Origin: a virus | Lineage: Duplodnaviria > Caudoviricetes | Length of the DNA stretch: 64,000 nucleotides | IMG/VR virus record: IMGVR_UViG_3300035501_000578 | Location: 47,956-111,955 of that record | Direction: 5' to 3' (one strand) | Part shown: one piece after another, positions 63,581 to 64,000 of the stretch | Numbering within the stretch: the first letter of the stretch is position 1 | How the letters are laid out: every line of letters starts with the position of its first letter | Notes under the pieces: generated by a model | Told to the model about the DNA's origin: nothing | Seen by the model: only the letters and a program-made list of their open reading frames with translations | Databases searched by the model: none | Program-made: the position numbers and the translations under genes

Positions 63581-64000
63581 ATGTCAGATAATAGATATGC
63601 AACGAAGAAAAAAGGAAAGACAGAAGTTTATCCATTTTGGAATCTTGAAGATGTCAAAAAGATGATTGATTATTTCAAGGACAGAAACGATTGGGATAAT
63701 TATTTAACCTTTATGTTGGGATTACTTCTTGGAAGGAGAATTGGTGATACTGTAATGGTTAAATGGTCTGACTTCTTTTATGAGAATGGAAAACATAAAG
63801 AAGAAATTACAACTATTGAAGAACAGAAAACAGGAAAGATTACAGGCTTACCGGTAAGCAATATGGTATTTGAAGCAATTAATACCTATTGCGAGAAAAT
63901 AAATTTTAATCCGATGGAACATTATAATGAGTATGTGTTCAATATTCCAACAAAAACAGCTTGGATAAAACGTGAAGGGAATGAAGTTTATGCAGAAAAT
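63581..64000 (+). CDS. Tyrosine recombinase/integrase-family protein, partial
   Basis: MSDNRY...LGLLLGRRIGD...KWSD...EQKTGK; runs off window. Confidence 0.8.
   Translation, partial: MSDNRYATKKKGKTEVYPFWNLEDVKKMIDYFKDRNDWDNYLTFMLGLLLGRRIGDTVMVKWSDFFYENGKHKEEITTIEEQKTGKITGLPVSNMVFEAINTYCEKINFNPMEHYNEYVFNIPTKTAWIKREGNEVYAEN

Noticed and set aside
1-64000. CRISPR array or cas genes
   Set aside because: No regularly spaced 25-40 bp direct repeats with unique spacers; the only RuvC protein is an IS-associated TnpB
1-64000. Stop-codon reassignment
   Set aside because: Long genes read through under the standard code and use TAA, TAG and TGA as stops; only one internal TAG was seen

Overview
AT-rich 64-kb segment of a large SPbeta-like tailed phage or prophage. 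A Clostridia/Lachnospiraceae-type host is inferred from Firmicute-style RBSs, RecU, a CHAP lysin and an IS605 element. Bases 1 to ~44.6 kb are transcribed leftward. They carry the head module (terminase, portal, protease/scaffold, and a major capsid gene split by a group I intron with a GIY-YIG endonuclease), five free-standing homing-type nucleases, four degenerate tRNA-like elements, an IS200/IS605 element, a tyrosine recombinase, HU, RecU, lysis genes, ClpP, PhoH, a YonO-like single-subunit RNA polymerase, a deaminase, ParB and Rha. At ~44.6-47 kb there is a non-coding strand-switch region with a sharp G/C skew flip, DnaA boxes, a consensus sigma-A promoter and a ~1.1-kb structured leader. 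From 47 kb to the end, a rightward array of small early-type genes includes a hammerhead ribozyme, an orphan HicA and a partial tyrosine recombinase. The best candidate for an undescribed system is a 204-aa DIP1984-like helical protein gene (32034-32648) followed directly by a ~540-nt RNA closed by a 30-bp stem and containing a pseudoknot and an ~8-nt periodic repeat tract. Other highlights are a covarying RNA leader shared by two unrelated homing-endonuclease genes, a circularly permuted CHAP endolysin, an in-frame TnpA-TnpB fusion, and a strand-specific AGGCAAA motif concentrated in the early region. All structures were read by eye; no searches were run.
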